Below, in pieces: positions 1 through 12,786 of a stretch of DNA of 64,000 nucleotides (within the stretch, counting starts at the first letter, position 1; each line of letters opens with the position of its first letter). Position numbers and translations under genes: made by a program. The DNA lies in the NCBI GenBank assembly GCA_951406725.2, contig OX597823.1, positions 63,426,001 through 63,490,000 on the forward strand, given 5' to 3'. The notes below the pieces were generated by a model, which saw only the letters and a list, made by a program, of their open reading frames with translations, did not search any database and was not told the origin of the DNA. Source of the DNA: Octopus vulgaris (taxonomy: Eukaryota).

Positions 1-407
1 GCCTATAGTAGAAAGGATTATTATTATTATCATCATTACTATTATTACTATCGTCATCATCATCATTGCTGTTGTTGTTGTTCTTATTATTTTTGTTGTT
101 ATTGAACCTATGTTGCTGTCCCCATCTTCTGGGACTTCTCATTTCATTCCTATTGTATACTGTTGACTTCTATTATTATTTGAAATAACAACTAAAAAGG
201 TTTTAGTTTCTTTTCCAGGATTTTACGTTTTATTTGTGATACAACTGGGAGTTGCCCTCTCTATAGTTTACTATAAACAGTTTTAAAAAAGAAGTTTGTG
301 TCGAATTTCATGTTTTCTGTATCTACTTGGGAGAGAACTAGTTATTATCTATACATAAACACACACACAAACGCATACATAAATATACACATCCATATGT
401 AAGTCGT

Positions 408-460
<53 letters not shown>

Positions 461-504
461 ATATATAAACATAAATGTATACATACACTCACGTACACAC
501 ATAT

Positions 505-2837
505 ACGCGCATTGGCCTGGGCCGCCGACCATCCCCGTGGACGCCTGCCCCTGGCCAGATCCTAGCAGTGGATCTTTTCGCGGGCGCTTGTCAGCGTGCA
601 TTGGAGCGGTTCAACTTCTCCAGGCGCCAACGCCGCCTCAACATCTCCCCGGCTGAGCTCTTGGCTCTTCGTTCCCTCCAACGGCGCGCTGACATTATCA
701 TCAAACCGGCTGACAAGGGTGGAGCTGTAGTGGTGTGGCGCGCGGACCTCTATAGGGCCGAGGCTTTCCGCCAACTCAATGACACCTCCTTCTATTCCCC
801 TCTGCCCTCTAACCCCACACGTAGCTACCAACAGACGGTATCCTCTACTGTCCAAGACCTCATCTCGTCCTCCCGTCTCCCCGCACCGCATCCAACCTAA
901 TTGTGCGAACCCCACGTACCCCCACCATTTACTTCCTCCCCAAAATCCCCAAACCCAACAACCCTGGCCGCCCCATCGTCTCCGCCTGTAACTGCCCCAC
1001 GGAGCTCATCTCTAAATACCTCGACCGTGTCCTTGCCCCCCTAGTGGCATCTCTTCCCTCCCACATCCACGATACCAACCATGCTCTCCGGCTTTTCAAC
1101 TCTTTCTCCTTTCCTCCCGGCTCCTCCAAAATCCTTTTTACTATGGACATCCAAAGCCTCTATACTGTTATCCCTCACCACGAAGGACTGCAGGCCCTTC
1201 GACACTTTCTTGACCTCCGCTCTAACCCTGTACCTGACACCTCCACACTCATTCGTCTGGCCGAACTTGTCCTTACTCTGAACTGCTTCTCGTTCGCGGG
1301 CGAGTTCTACCATCAGGTCTCGGGAGTGGCCATGGGAACGCGAATGGGCCCCAACTATACGAGCCTGTTCGTTGGCTATGTTGAGGCCCAAATATTCTCT
1401 AATTTCACTGGTCCCACTCCTGAACTATATGGTCGTTACATTGACGACATTATCGGTGCCACCTCACTCTCCCGCGAACATCTAGATTCCTTCCTCTCTT
1501 TCGTCCAATCTTTCCATCCAGCCCTCCACTTCACTTCCACTATCTCCAACACCTCTGTCTCCTTCCTCGACATTTCGGTTAGCATTCTTTACTCCACTCT
1601 TACCACCTCCATTCACTACAAACACACAGACTCACACTCATACCTCAACTTCTCTTCCTCCCACCCAGAACACACCAAGCTTTCCATCCCCTATTCCCAA
1701 TTCCTCCGTCTACGTAGGCTCTGTAGTGACGACCATGACTTTGAGACTCAGTCTCAACGTATGACTCACCACTTCACCCTACGTGGATACCCCCTCACCA
1801 CTATCCACACCGCCCTTGCCAGAGCACGGTCCGTGGACCGTGTATCTGCTCTCTCTCCCCGAACCCACCCTGTAGTCTCCCGCCTCCCTTTTCCCCTCAC
1901 TTACCACCCCACGACCCTACGTCTCCAACGCACCATTCTTCGAGCTTTCCGTCATCTCCAGTCCGACCCGTCCACTTCACACCTCTTCCCTAACCGACCC
2001 CTCCCCTCTTTCAAACGAGCCCACAACCTTCGAGGCCTTTTGGTCCATAGCTCCTTCCCTGACCCTACCTCCCAACCCGGCTCGTTCCCCTGCTCCCGCC
2101 CACGTTGCCGCACTTGCCCTTACCTCTCCAACACCACCCGCCTCACTAGCACCCACCATCGACCCTATCCCATCATCCACTCCTTCACCTGCACCTCCAG
2201 CAATATTATCTATTGCATCTCTTGCTCTCTCTGCAATTCCTTGTACATCGGACAAACGGGACGCCGCTTGGCTGACCGGTTCGCGGAACACCTTCGTGAC
2301 ATCCACCTTGCGAACGACACACCGGTCTCACGCCATTTCCGCTCCACCGGTCACTCCTTGCAACACCTATCTGTGTTCGGTTTGTCCTTACACAGAGGCC
2401 ATCCGGATTCCCGTTTGCGCCGTGAACAGGAATTAATCTTCTCTCTTCGCTCTTATACGCCATTTGGTCTCAACTCTCCCCCCTCCTCATCTAACCCCCC
2501 TCTCCCCCTCCTCACCTATCCTTTCCCCCGACCCCTACTTCTTCAGTCCTTCATCCTTTCACCCCTACTCCCCTTCCCTTCTTCCCTCTTTCTCCCTCCC
2601 TCTTCCCCTTCCCTCTGCTCCCTCACTCCCTCTCTCCCCTTCTCTCTCCCCTCTCTCTCCCCTCTCCCTCTTTCCTCCTTCATCCCCCTCCCCCTCCTCT
2701 CCCCTCCTCTCCTCTTCCCCCTTTCCTCCCCCTCTTCTTCCCCTCCCCTTCTCTCCCCTTCTTCTCCCCTCCTCCCCTTTCTCCTCACTACACCACATGA
2801 CTTTACACATCACATCACATATGATGTGCCATACTAA
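505..2837 (+). pseudogene. PLE RT-GIY-YIG ORF with a single frameshift near 885 (joins ORFs 475..900 and 903..2837)
   Basis: First frame gives LLALRSL..DIIIKPADKGGAVVVW; second frame resumes TASNLIVRTPRTPTIYFLPKI after an apparent 1-nt loss. Confidence 0.88.
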
Positions 2838-3075
2838 TACACACACCAACTAATACATACTAATACGTACTAATACATACTAGTACATACTAATACATAC
2901 ACCAACCCTATACATACACACGTCCAGACCCCGCATACGCACTTATACTCTCTCATACACACACACACACACTTATACATACCAATACGTACTAATACAT
3001 ACTAATACATACTAATACATACACCAACCCCATACATACGCACGTCCAGACCAATCCTACGCACTAATACTCTCT

Positions 3076-3106
<31 letters not shown>

Positions 3107-3351
3107 CCATATACATACTAATACATACACCAACCCTATACATACACACATCTAGACCCCTCCTACGCACTATTAGCTGGTCCCTCAACCCTTTTATCAA
3201 CCCTATTATCTCCCCTTATTTCGCTCTCGCGTCTCATGTTTGATCTTTGACCTCTGGCCGAAATCAGATCGCCATGTTGATTCGTTAGCTACTGCACGCA
3301 TTTTTTTCTCTCCTTCTTTCTGTGTTTTTCTCTTTTTTCTCTCTCTGTGTA

Positions 3352-3389
3352 TCTTTCTGTTGAAGAGCGTAGGCTCGAAACGTTAAAGA
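3352..3389 (+). ncRNA. Minimal type-I hammerhead-like motif, A6U core variant
   Basis: TCTTT-CTGTTGA-A-GAGC(GTAG)GCTC-GAAA-C-GTT-AAAGA: helix I TCTTT/AAAGA, helix II GAGC/GCTC, palindromic AACGTT helix III. Confidence 0.65.
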
Positions 3390-3486
3390 CTTGTTTTATT
3401 TATATTTCCTGAGCGCCATACTAATACAATTGTTCGTTTGTTTTCCACCTGCCTTCGTCTTTTGTTTATTTTCATAAAGCTTCCCG

Positions 3487-3522
<36 letters not shown>

Positions 3523-4136
3523 TACAGGAAATGGACTATATGAGAAACTTTATGCACACATGCATACATACACACGCATATGTTTCTATCAAATTTTATT
3601 TATGTAGCTATATCTATTTATCTAGATGTTATATTATATTAAACACACACACGCGCGCGTATGTACGTACATACATACATACATTGCAGTACTTGACCTT
3701 TTCTCGAAATATTTTCGTCTTTTTTCTTAACAAAAATAACCATCGCCTTCGATGTGCTAGTGAGAAAAGAATCTTGCAAAGGTGATGACGCCTTCCGGAA
3801 TGTAAATATAAAGTCTTTTGTCTTTCAGATGAAAAGGTAAACTGTATTGGTGGAAAAATAGAGAGAATTAGTTTGAAAGAGAAAGGAAAGAAAAACTAAC
3901 AATAAGATTTGAGAAAAGTTAATGTGACGAAGCTAACACTAAGAACATTAGCAACAAGAGCACCGCTGACATTGACGTCATTAACAACTACAACAAAAAT
4001 ACAGAAATGACACGGAAATGCAAAAAATAATGACAATAATTCTTTCTTTTTGCCAACCTAAATGTGGGTTAGGAGGAACTGGATTTAGGATGGAAGAAAC
4101 AATGAACGATATACGAGGTAAGATCAAAACGTATGG

Positions 4137-4560
4137 GGGTATCTTACCTTTTGACCGACAGATTTAAAAAATAATTTTTGGTAACCAGACACTTTCAAAC
4201 TTCGGACACTGGTAGAATGTGTCATATAAAACATCTTTTACTCTTAGCATTTTTGAGAAGAACTTATTTCACGTTAAAGTTGTCCTATTTCGGTAATTTC
4301 AACCAATCAATGACGTGTATTCAGCTGAATAAAGTTACTGCCGTTGTCTGTCAACAACAACTATCGGCAGTGTCCTTTTTCGTTGTCACTATAATTTATA
4401 ACATCGTTCGTGCGTTTGTACTGGTTTTAGCTTAAAGGTTTTAGGGTTAGGGTTAGGGTTTTAGGGTTAGGGTTGTCATAAATAACAGTGACAAACCAAA
4501 TATACTCCGCCGGAAGTTCTTGTTGACAAACAACAGCAATAATTTACGTCGCACTAAAAC
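4137..4560. mobile_element. Non-autonomous fold-back DNA element carrying internal (TTAGGG)n, right end truncated
   Basis: Left end resembles the TIR of the MITE at 43384; internal inverted repeats ~4334-4402 / 4472-4552 flank five TTAGGG units (4441-4472); related reversed end at ~48630-48850. Confidence 0.6.
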
Positions 4561-5215
4561 AATAACCAATATGGTCGACCATTGGAGACGCCCAATTTGA
4601 ATAGTCGATCTGTTTGTTTAATCACTTCCATTTTTTCCTGTCTAATTCCTTATTAATTTGTCCCAGTGCTGCAAACGGTACATTACGTTTGGGTTTGAAA
4701 ACTGGTAATGAAACATCAGGGAACAAACATTTTACTTCTTTTTTTATATTTTTTGAATCTGCATTTGGCGTACGATCCCATTACATTTTTATAAAATCTA
4801 TTTATGGGTAAATCCCATAAGTCGAACAATTTCATCCATTCAGTTCCAAAAAAAGGTTGCTTGTATTTTTTAATACATAAGTTTTCGCTTTCATAGTCTT
4901 ACCGCGAAATGCAACGTTGCAGATAATTTAGCCTTTAAAAATTGATTTAATCCCGGAGACTCCACGTGCAATCTTCGAGGTTTTTTGTAGTGTAGGTTCC
5001 CCGATTGCTTTCTATGTGTTTTCATTAATTAAAGTACTGCCATTACCTGAATCTAACTGTAATTTTACATTTGTATTATATATTTTTGCATACACAAATT
5101 CCCTTTGAGTCTCGTTTATATTTCTTGTTGACGATAAACTATCTATATTATTCTGCATTTGTGCGTTCAAGTCGCTGGCACAATTGAAATGTTTTACATT
5201 ATGAAACAATGTCAT
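4560..5215 (-). mobile_element. Ty3/Gypsy pol fragment (aspartic protease to start of RT), degenerate
   Basis: VKLQLDSG.STLINENT protease motif; PVFKPKRNVPFAAL.QINKELDR downstream; similar to 43130-44670. Confidence 0.75.
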
Positions 5216-5435
5216 GAAGAATTATAAATCTATGTATGAACGATATATCGATAGATAGTTTAAAGTGGAATAACTTTAGTTAGCAAATAGCTGTGAACGT
5301 TGCTCTTTTCTCTTTTCCTGGGGCCATGCTGGGCGCTGCCATTATTCATTTGTGTAAGTGTGTGTGTTATTAGTTTTAAATATCTATCGGTGTTATGAGG
5401 GTAAGTAGATATGTTAGTTAATTAGACAGACAAAC

Positions 5436-5500
<65 letters not shown>

Positions 5501-6039
5501 TTACATTGAGTTCTCAAAGTTGAAGGTATTTTGTGTGTTCGCATACAATAGCTATTTCATATACACTTATATCAGTTCCTGTTTTATATTTCTATGTATA
5601 TAAGTACGTCACATGCAGTTTGTATAGTCCCGTTTATAATATAGAATGTTTGTCTCTAATTTAGTGAGTAGGCTCATGTTTTTTTTCCTATCTGCATATC
5701 ATAATGGTAAAATAGTTTGTATTTATATATTTATCTATTTTGTAAATAAGTAATAAAGATTGTAAATAATAAACATTTAATCAATATATACGAATAAGTT
5801 TTATCTTTTTAAATCACTTTTTTATTTTCTTAAATTATAAAGCACGTCATAACTGTCAAACATATGAAGAGAAGGTGAATAAGCAATATCCTTTTAGTTC
5901 ATTTCAATTATCTTTAAAAGTACAATTTTGATTAAATGGCAGAATTTCAAAAGAATTTTTTGTTAGTGTTTAAAATATTAACATAATATTTTCAAATATG
6001 CTAACTTATATCGTGGAATTTCTCCGTATCCTGCTAGTA

Positions 6040-6530
6040 ATAATAATAATGGTTTAAAAGATTTAGCTGAAAGCCAAAAATTTCAGGGAAAGGGGGTTAG
6101 TAGATTATATCTACCAGAGTATTCAACTGGTGCTTATCTTGACCCCGAAAGGATGAAAGGCAAAGTCGACCTCGGCGGAATGTGAACTCAAAACGTAAAG
6201 ACAGGCGACATACTATTAAGCATTTTTATTTCTTTATTGCCCACAGAGGGTTAAACATAGAGGGAACAAACAAGGACGAAGAGAATAAGTCGATTATATC
6301 GACCCCAGTGCGTAACTGGTACAATTTAATCGACCCCGAAAGGATAAAAGACATCGGCGAAATTTGAACTCAGAACGTAACGGTAGACGAAATACCTATT
6401 TCTTTACTACCCACAAGGGACTAAACTCAGAAAGGACAAACAAGGACGGACAAACGGATTAAGTCGATTATATCGACACCAGTGCGTAACTGGTACTTAT
6501 TTAATCAGCCCCGAAAGGATGAAAGGCAAA
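6040..6530 (-). mobile_element. Tandem partial copies of tRNA-derived SINE family A (Meta-like core)
   Basis: Repeated gaccccgaaaggatgaaaggcaaagtcgacctcggcggaatttgaactc; many copies elsewhere in the window. Confidence 0.8.
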
Positions 6531-6749
6531 ATTGGTAAATTGGTTCAATATCGTACTTACGATCGAGTAGTACGGAGTGCTTTCTGTGTGAACCTAATAA
6601 TTCTGCTAAAGTTTATTTAGGTAACTACATCCAAGTATTTATTTGGGTAATAATATTTTACACCCGACCTGTACACGCATGTCATAACACCTTTCTTTCC
6701 TTTTCCTTCTCTGTCATCCCTTTTCCCCTTCTCTTTCGATATATGTATT

Positions 6750-7489
6750 GAAAGTGTTTTGCGTAGGATGTGTGCAGTGCCTAGTAGTGCAATTTTCTGT
6801 ATGTTATATGTGTATGTAAGTCCTGGTGTTTTTGTTATGTATTTGTCTGAATATTTTTCTCATGCCTACTATGATAGGAATTGTTTCTGTTTTTAGATTC
6901 CACATTCTAGTTACCTCTATTTCCAGGTCTTTGTATTTTGAAAGTTTCTCCATTTCTTTTAGACACGTTGTCATCTGCTGGTATTGATACATCAATTAGA
7001 AAGCATTTTTTCTTCACGATCTCTGACAACTATATCTGGCCTGTTGGCCTTAATTTCTCTATCTGTGTATTGGCATATCCCAGAGTATGGTTGCTTTCTC
7101 GTTTTCTGTGACTTTTTCTAGTGTGTGCCTATACCATCTTTTCTCTGTTGTTATTCCATAATGTTGGCATAGCTGCTAGTGTATGTAGGTCCCAACTCTG
7201 TCGTGTCTGTGAATATATTCCTTCTTAGCCAGGACTGGGCAGCCAGAGATAATATGATTTATTGTTTCTTGTCCATCTCCACATATTCTGCAGCTACTTG
7301 TTATGTTTCTTTTCATTATATGATTTTGGTAATTTCTGGTGGGGAGGCTTTGGTCTTGTGCAGCAATTAATAATCCCTCTGTCTCTGCTTTGAGTCCTGA
7401 GCTTCTCAACTATTGCTGGGATTTTTCTTTGTCTGTTTCTTTTGCATTTAGTTTAGTCCAGTATTTGCCGTGAAGGGGCTTTTCTTGCC

Positions 7490-7491
<2 letters not shown>
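6750..7491 (-). mobile_element. R4/Dong-like non-LTR retrotransposon 3' fragment (CCHC finger + restriction-like endonuclease) abutting (TAA)n
   Basis: LHG, ETEGLLIAAQDQ, CRICG...ETINHIISGC, YIHRHDRV, NRPDIV, KLSKYKDL; in-frame stops and frameshifts. Confidence 0.88.
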
Positions 7492-7562
<71 letters not shown>

Positions 7563-8561
7563 TATTATGTTTAAGGTTACAATGAAGTTGAAAACCATAA
7601 CGGAACTCAAAGGTACAAGCTATCAAATGCTCGTTTGCTTTTTAGGACGGATGTGTTAAGTCTGGAAAAGCTTTTTAGTGATTTACTTTCAAACAACAAC
7701 ATAGTTTGCTGTTTTTATATAGATATTTTCACAACTGATTTCTTTTGGTTTATTATCTGTCATTTCATTCATTCAGCAACTTAAACAGCCCGTCTCAATA
7801 AATCTTATATTTACTTTGTTCCTTCTTTTCACCATGCACACAATTCAAAGGCCTTTCCGTTTGTTTGTGAAGTTTTTTTTTCTTTACGATGTGACACGTC
7901 ATATTAATATTCTACATCTGTTTTTAATGCATATACTTCAAATTTTAAATATGACATTTTCCTACAGTGGAAGATTTCAAAAAAAAAAAAAACATATTTA
8001 AAATCTCAATACCGATTTTTTGTTTTCCTTTTTAATAAAACAGAACTTTCTAATCAGTTTTTCCTCCTTTGAACATATTACTTCTTGGTCGTCAATGTAT
8101 TGTTACACCGTTGAACATAAGCATTCCCAGAAGGCATTTTAGATCTAGACAGAAGATAATGGGCTGTTTTCCTCTTTCTCTTTTACGACCTACACACGCT
8201 TCATGTATCTCACACAGCTTTAAATCTCTTTTACGTTCTTGTTTTCACCGCGTTGTTTAATCTTTGCTAATCATATGTTAATGATAGAACAATTTTTTTT
8301 CCGGAATCCAAATTACAGCTTTGCCACTAACATAATTTTCCTTTAATCTAAGTGATTAAATACTTCACTCTATACAAAAAATGTTATATTAATACATCTG
8401 GAATTTTGACTCCTCTCAGCTGTTATGAATTTTTAAAAATATTTCACTGTATTTTCTTTCATCTACAATTCACCATTCATTCTGATTATGCATCTCCAAA
8501 CGTCACATCTTTTCCAATGCTAACCGTTATAATTTGCGCTTTTTTCCCCAGAAAAGTACAC

Positions 8562-8592
<31 letters not shown>

Positions 8593-8657
8593 CTTCTTCT
8601 TCTTCTTCTTCTTCTTCTTCTTCTTCTTCTTCTTCTTCTTCTTCTTCTTCTTCTTCT

Positions 8658-8696
<39 letters not shown>

Positions 8697-9108
8697 TAAC
8701 AAGCTACTCCAACAGTTGATCTTTCATATATGTCACTCGTCCTCTTAGATACCTCTACACACAACATTCCTTGCAAAAAAATGTTTCATCAGTTGTTTGC
8801 TGAAAGTAGCAATTCTCTCTGTAATCTCTTTGAATGATTCTATCGAGCTTTGCTGAATAGTATCACATTTATCACAAACTCAACAACTGGAACTACTCTT
8901 TTACTTGTTTCAGTCATTTGACTGTGGCCATGCTGGAGCACCACCTTTTTAGTCGCGCAAATCGACCCCAGGACTTATTCTTTCGATCTCTTTTGCCGAA
9001 CCGCTAAGTTACGGGGACGTAAACGCACCAGCATTGGTTGTCAAGCGATGTTGGGGGGACAAACACAGACTCACAAACATATACACATACACATACATAT
9101 ACATATAC

Positions 9109-9132
<24 letters not shown>

Positions 9133-9141
<9 letters not shown>

Positions 9142-9413
9142 TTCAAAACATTAGAGTTCGCCGGTTAAATATACTAAAACACGGAGTAAAAGCAACCATT
9201 CTGATCATTTTGGCCGCTATGGGTTTTGCAGTAAATCACTAAATCATCCATAACTTTTTTATTATCCTCTCAAATTACACCAAAATCTCAGGCAATAACA
9301 AATAATATCGTATTCATTGTTTGTGAAAATTATAAAATATAAAACAACTTTGATAAAAAATTATATCTACTTTTCTGACGAAAACAATGCCGTTCTGAAC
9401 ATTTTGGCTGCCA

Positions 9414-9476
<63 letters not shown>

Positions 9477-10657
9477 ATTGTTAACAAGTCAAAAAGTGTT
9501 GTACACCGTATTCTTAAGGTCTACGATGATTGTGGTTCGTCTGAAGCAAGAAAGTTTACTGGTAGGCCAAGGAAAACGACCAAGAGAGAAGATCGTGCTA
9601 TGGTAAAGTTGGTTAAAAAGGACAGATTTAAAACTGCTGCTGCTGTTTCTCGGAAAATGAGCATTGTATTGAAGAAAACTTTATCTCGAAAAACTGTGTC
9701 TCGTCGTTTAGTTGAACATGACCTACAAGCAAGAGCACCTGCAGTGAAGCCACTGATCAGCTCCAAGAATAAAAAGTGTTGTCTTACCTTTGCAACCGAA
9801 CATGTGTTGTGGTCTCAAGAAAAATGGCAAACGGTGCATTTCAGTGATGAATCTAAGTTTATGTTATTTGGCTCAGATGGGAAAAGTAGGTGAAAAATTA
9901 TCGCCTAAATGCCTTAAGACTAGTGTTAAATTCGGTGGAGGAAGTGTCATGGTTTGGGGGATGATATCTGGAGATGGTGTGGGCCCTTTGGTGCGATTAC
10001 ATGGAAAGGTAAATGCAGGAGTTTATAAACAACTTGTAAAAGATCATGTCTTGCCTGTGCTGAGAAATTCAACTAAGCGACCATCCATATTCATGCAGGA
10101 CAATGCCCCATGTCACAAGGCTAAGGTGGTCATAAACTTCCTCAAGGCTGAAAAGGTTATTGTTATGGATTGGCCTGCTCAAAGCCCAGATCTCAATCCT
10201 ATTGAAAATGTATGGAATATTCTAGGAGAACGTTCGAAAGCCAGAAATCCTAAAACAACTGAGCAATTACGGAATGCCCTTCAGGAAGAATGGAATAAGA
10301 TCACCCAGCAAGAAATTGAAAATTTAATTTTGTCATGCTGTCGAAGATGTCAGAGTGTGATTGAAGCTAAAGGGCTTCACACTAAATATTAAATAATTCC
10401 AGTATTCTCTGTCATTTTTGATTATTTTGTTATTTTTTTAACCGTTCTGATCATTTTGGCTGCCATAGGTTTTGCAGTAAATCACTAAATCATCCATAAC
10501 TTTTGTATTATCCTCTCAAATTACACCAAAATCTCAGACAATAACAATTAATATTGTATTTATTGTCTGTGAAAATTAGAATATAGAACTATTTTGATAA
10601 AAACTTATACTTACTTTTCTGACGAAAACAATGCCGTTCTGAACATTTTGGCCGCCA

Positions 10658-10660
<3 letters not shown>
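9133..10660 (+). mobile_element. Tc1 (DD34E) transposon with ~220-bp IR/DR-type terminal repeats; the two repeats are in direct orientation
   Basis: 9194-9416 and 10440-10660 are homologous, each has inner/outer DR cgttctga(t/a)cattttggc and ends ...CACTG-TA. Confidence 0.88.
9474..10392 (+). pseudogene. Tc1 transposase, N-terminus missing, frameshift near 9890
   Basis: GRPRK, FSDESKF, GGSVMVWG, FMQDNAPCH, WPAQSPDLNPIEN; 34 residues between second D and E. Confidence 0.93.
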
Positions 10661-10699
<39 letters not shown>

Positions 10700-11737
10700 G
10701 ACGGGCTTCTTTCAGTTTCCGTCTACCAAATCCACTCACAAGGCTTTGATCGGCCCGAGGCTATAGTAGAAGACACTTGACGAAGGCGCCACGTAGTGGG
10801 ACTGAATCCGGAGCCATGTGATTGGTAAGAAAGCTACTTACCACACAGCCACTCCTGCGCCTGCAATAACAAGCAAACAATTAATAATTGCAATTATTCT
10901 TATAATAGCAAATGTATAATTAATAAAAATAACGATAAGAAGAAACAAATTATTACCTTAAATACCAACACCACTGATAATCCTTATAATGCTCCAAATA
11001 ACAATATTAAACATTAACTCTACTAAATCCAAAATTGATTATAAACTATCTATAAATAAAAACCATCCTGATGAATCTAATACGATTTGGTTAATTATTC
11101 TATATGCAATACAAATTAAAAATAATATAGTTAAATCCATATTTTATTTTTTTATTTATCTAGTTTCAGCTCACAAGCTGTGGCCATGCTGGGGCACCAG
11201 GGCGATTTATAAATATTTTAACATCGATAAACCCTTTGGGGCTTTAATTCTGTTATAATTATCTTCCTCCCAAGTATTTACACATAACTAAATTAATAAT
11301 AATGATTATAACCCTTATATCTCACATTATCGTTGCCTCCATGGCTACACATTAATAACTACTATTACATATACTTAGAAACTATTTAATAATCTTTAAC
11401 CATACATATATTCTTTGATAATCATTAACATATATATCTAAATGAAAATTCATATGTGCCCATTTATTTATACCTCTTCGGAACCCTTTGGAACCATTTT
11501 TTCAACTTACATATTTTTCTCCCTCCTATAACATTTATACATAACTAAATATCATTGACTCTATAACTCACATTAATACAACGTCGTTGCCTTTACTACT
11601 TCACATCAATAACTATAATTTTACATATAATTATAAACTATTTTGCAAGCTACTTAGTTCATATATGTGAGTGATTTTACGTATTTTTTCTTTTTCTTGT
11701 ACTTATGCGAATGTATGTATATGCGCACATACATACA

Positions 11738-12174
11738 CAGGTGTGCAAATAAATTCGCCGAACCTTTTTTACGACATTTGTTTTACGATATTTTTTACGT
11801 TATTATTACGCTCTATCTTTTACTTTTGAAATTAATATTTTATCATTTTAAAATTTTTTCTCAGTAGACTTCGTTATATATCTTATACTTTTTGCAGTTT
11901 GTCATTCATTCGTATTTGCTTACGTCCACTTTTATCTATAGTTTTTATCCGAATATATATTTCCTTGTCACTGTTTATTTTATCATCACTATATTTTATA
12001 TTCTTTTCATTATTATATTATAATTTTCTTCATTCCAGCATATTATTAATTTATATGTATGTTCATAGGCATAAGTCACGTTTGATTTTAGTTTTGTAAA
12101 TTTTTAATTATTAATTAATTAAATTATGGCGTGAACTGCAAGGTTCGGCGATTTTCATTTATTATGCACACCCG
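11738..12174. mobile_element. Degenerate Tc1/mariner-type MITE
   Basis: Imperfect TIRs caggtgtgcaaataaattcgccgaacctt / aaggttcggcga...tttattatgcacacccg. Confidence 0.5.
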
Positions 12175-12526
12175 CATGCTTGTTTGTTAGTTACATTCGT
12201 AACTGATAAAATATAAAAATATAGGAATAGTTATAGAATTATAAATAGTTATGGAGAGTCCTGATGATTGGGGTTGCAGTTAATACATGTTTCTGAAAAA
12301 GACTGCGGGTCTCGGAAACGTTAAACGCACCTCATGAAACATGTGTAGAAGAGAAATTTGGAACTGAAATAGTAAGTATTAAAATAAAATTCTATGATAT
12401 GGTGTGATGTATATTAGGATTTGATGAATTGCATGGGGACTTCTATCTCTAAATGACATATATTTCCTTATCGAGAATAATTCAATTTATTTGAATCCCT
12501 GAGACGCCGGATTTTTTATTCCCTAA

Positions 12527-12598
<72 letters not shown>

Positions 12599-12642
12599 AC
12601 ATTTCTAAGTCTCTCTAAAGGAGACTACGGCAGCGGTACTGG

Positions 12643-12783
12643 AAATTAACAGTTATCGCCAAGCTAATATGGCAGTCCATAAATTTAAGACTAAAGTTAG
12701 AGGCGATGGCCTCTTGGAGCTAATCAACTGCAGCTTTAGTCTTAAATTTATGGACTGCCATATTACTTGGCGATAACTGTTAA

Positions 12784-12786
<3 letters not shown>
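12643..12786. repeat. Near-perfect hairpin (~54-bp arms, ~37-nt loop) inside a (TA)n-bracketed module
   Basis: aaattaacagttatcgccaag...agactaaag / ctttagtct...cttggcgataactgttaattt. Confidence 0.85.

Larger units (their letters stand above)
505..3488 (+). mobile_element. Penelope-like retroelement (Neptune-like: RT, Cys-rich linker, C-terminal GIY-YIG), 5'-truncated, ending in a hammerhead-bearing pLTR at (TA)n
   Basis: ADKG, PGRPIVS, MDIQSLY, GVAMG and YIDD RT motifs; CxxxxCxxC linker; NIIYCISCSLC...YIGQTGR...RFAEH...GLN GIY-YIG; 3' non-coding part matches 32891-33707 (minus); flanked by TA-rich repeats. Confidence 0.93.
8893..10862 (-). mobile_element. tRNA-derived SINE family B split at its internal (TA)n by a Tc1 insertion
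   Basis: 3' half 8893-9131 and 5' half 10698-10862 match the intact copy at 38561-38996. Confidence 0.85.

Noticed and set aside
3829-3836. 8-nt micro-exon (tttcag|ATGAAAAG|gtaaac)
   Set aside because: Good-looking splice sites but expected by chance in 64 kb; no supporting evidence
11064-11095. CTGATGA followed by a small hairpin
   Set aside because: No GAAA box or helix I/III partner
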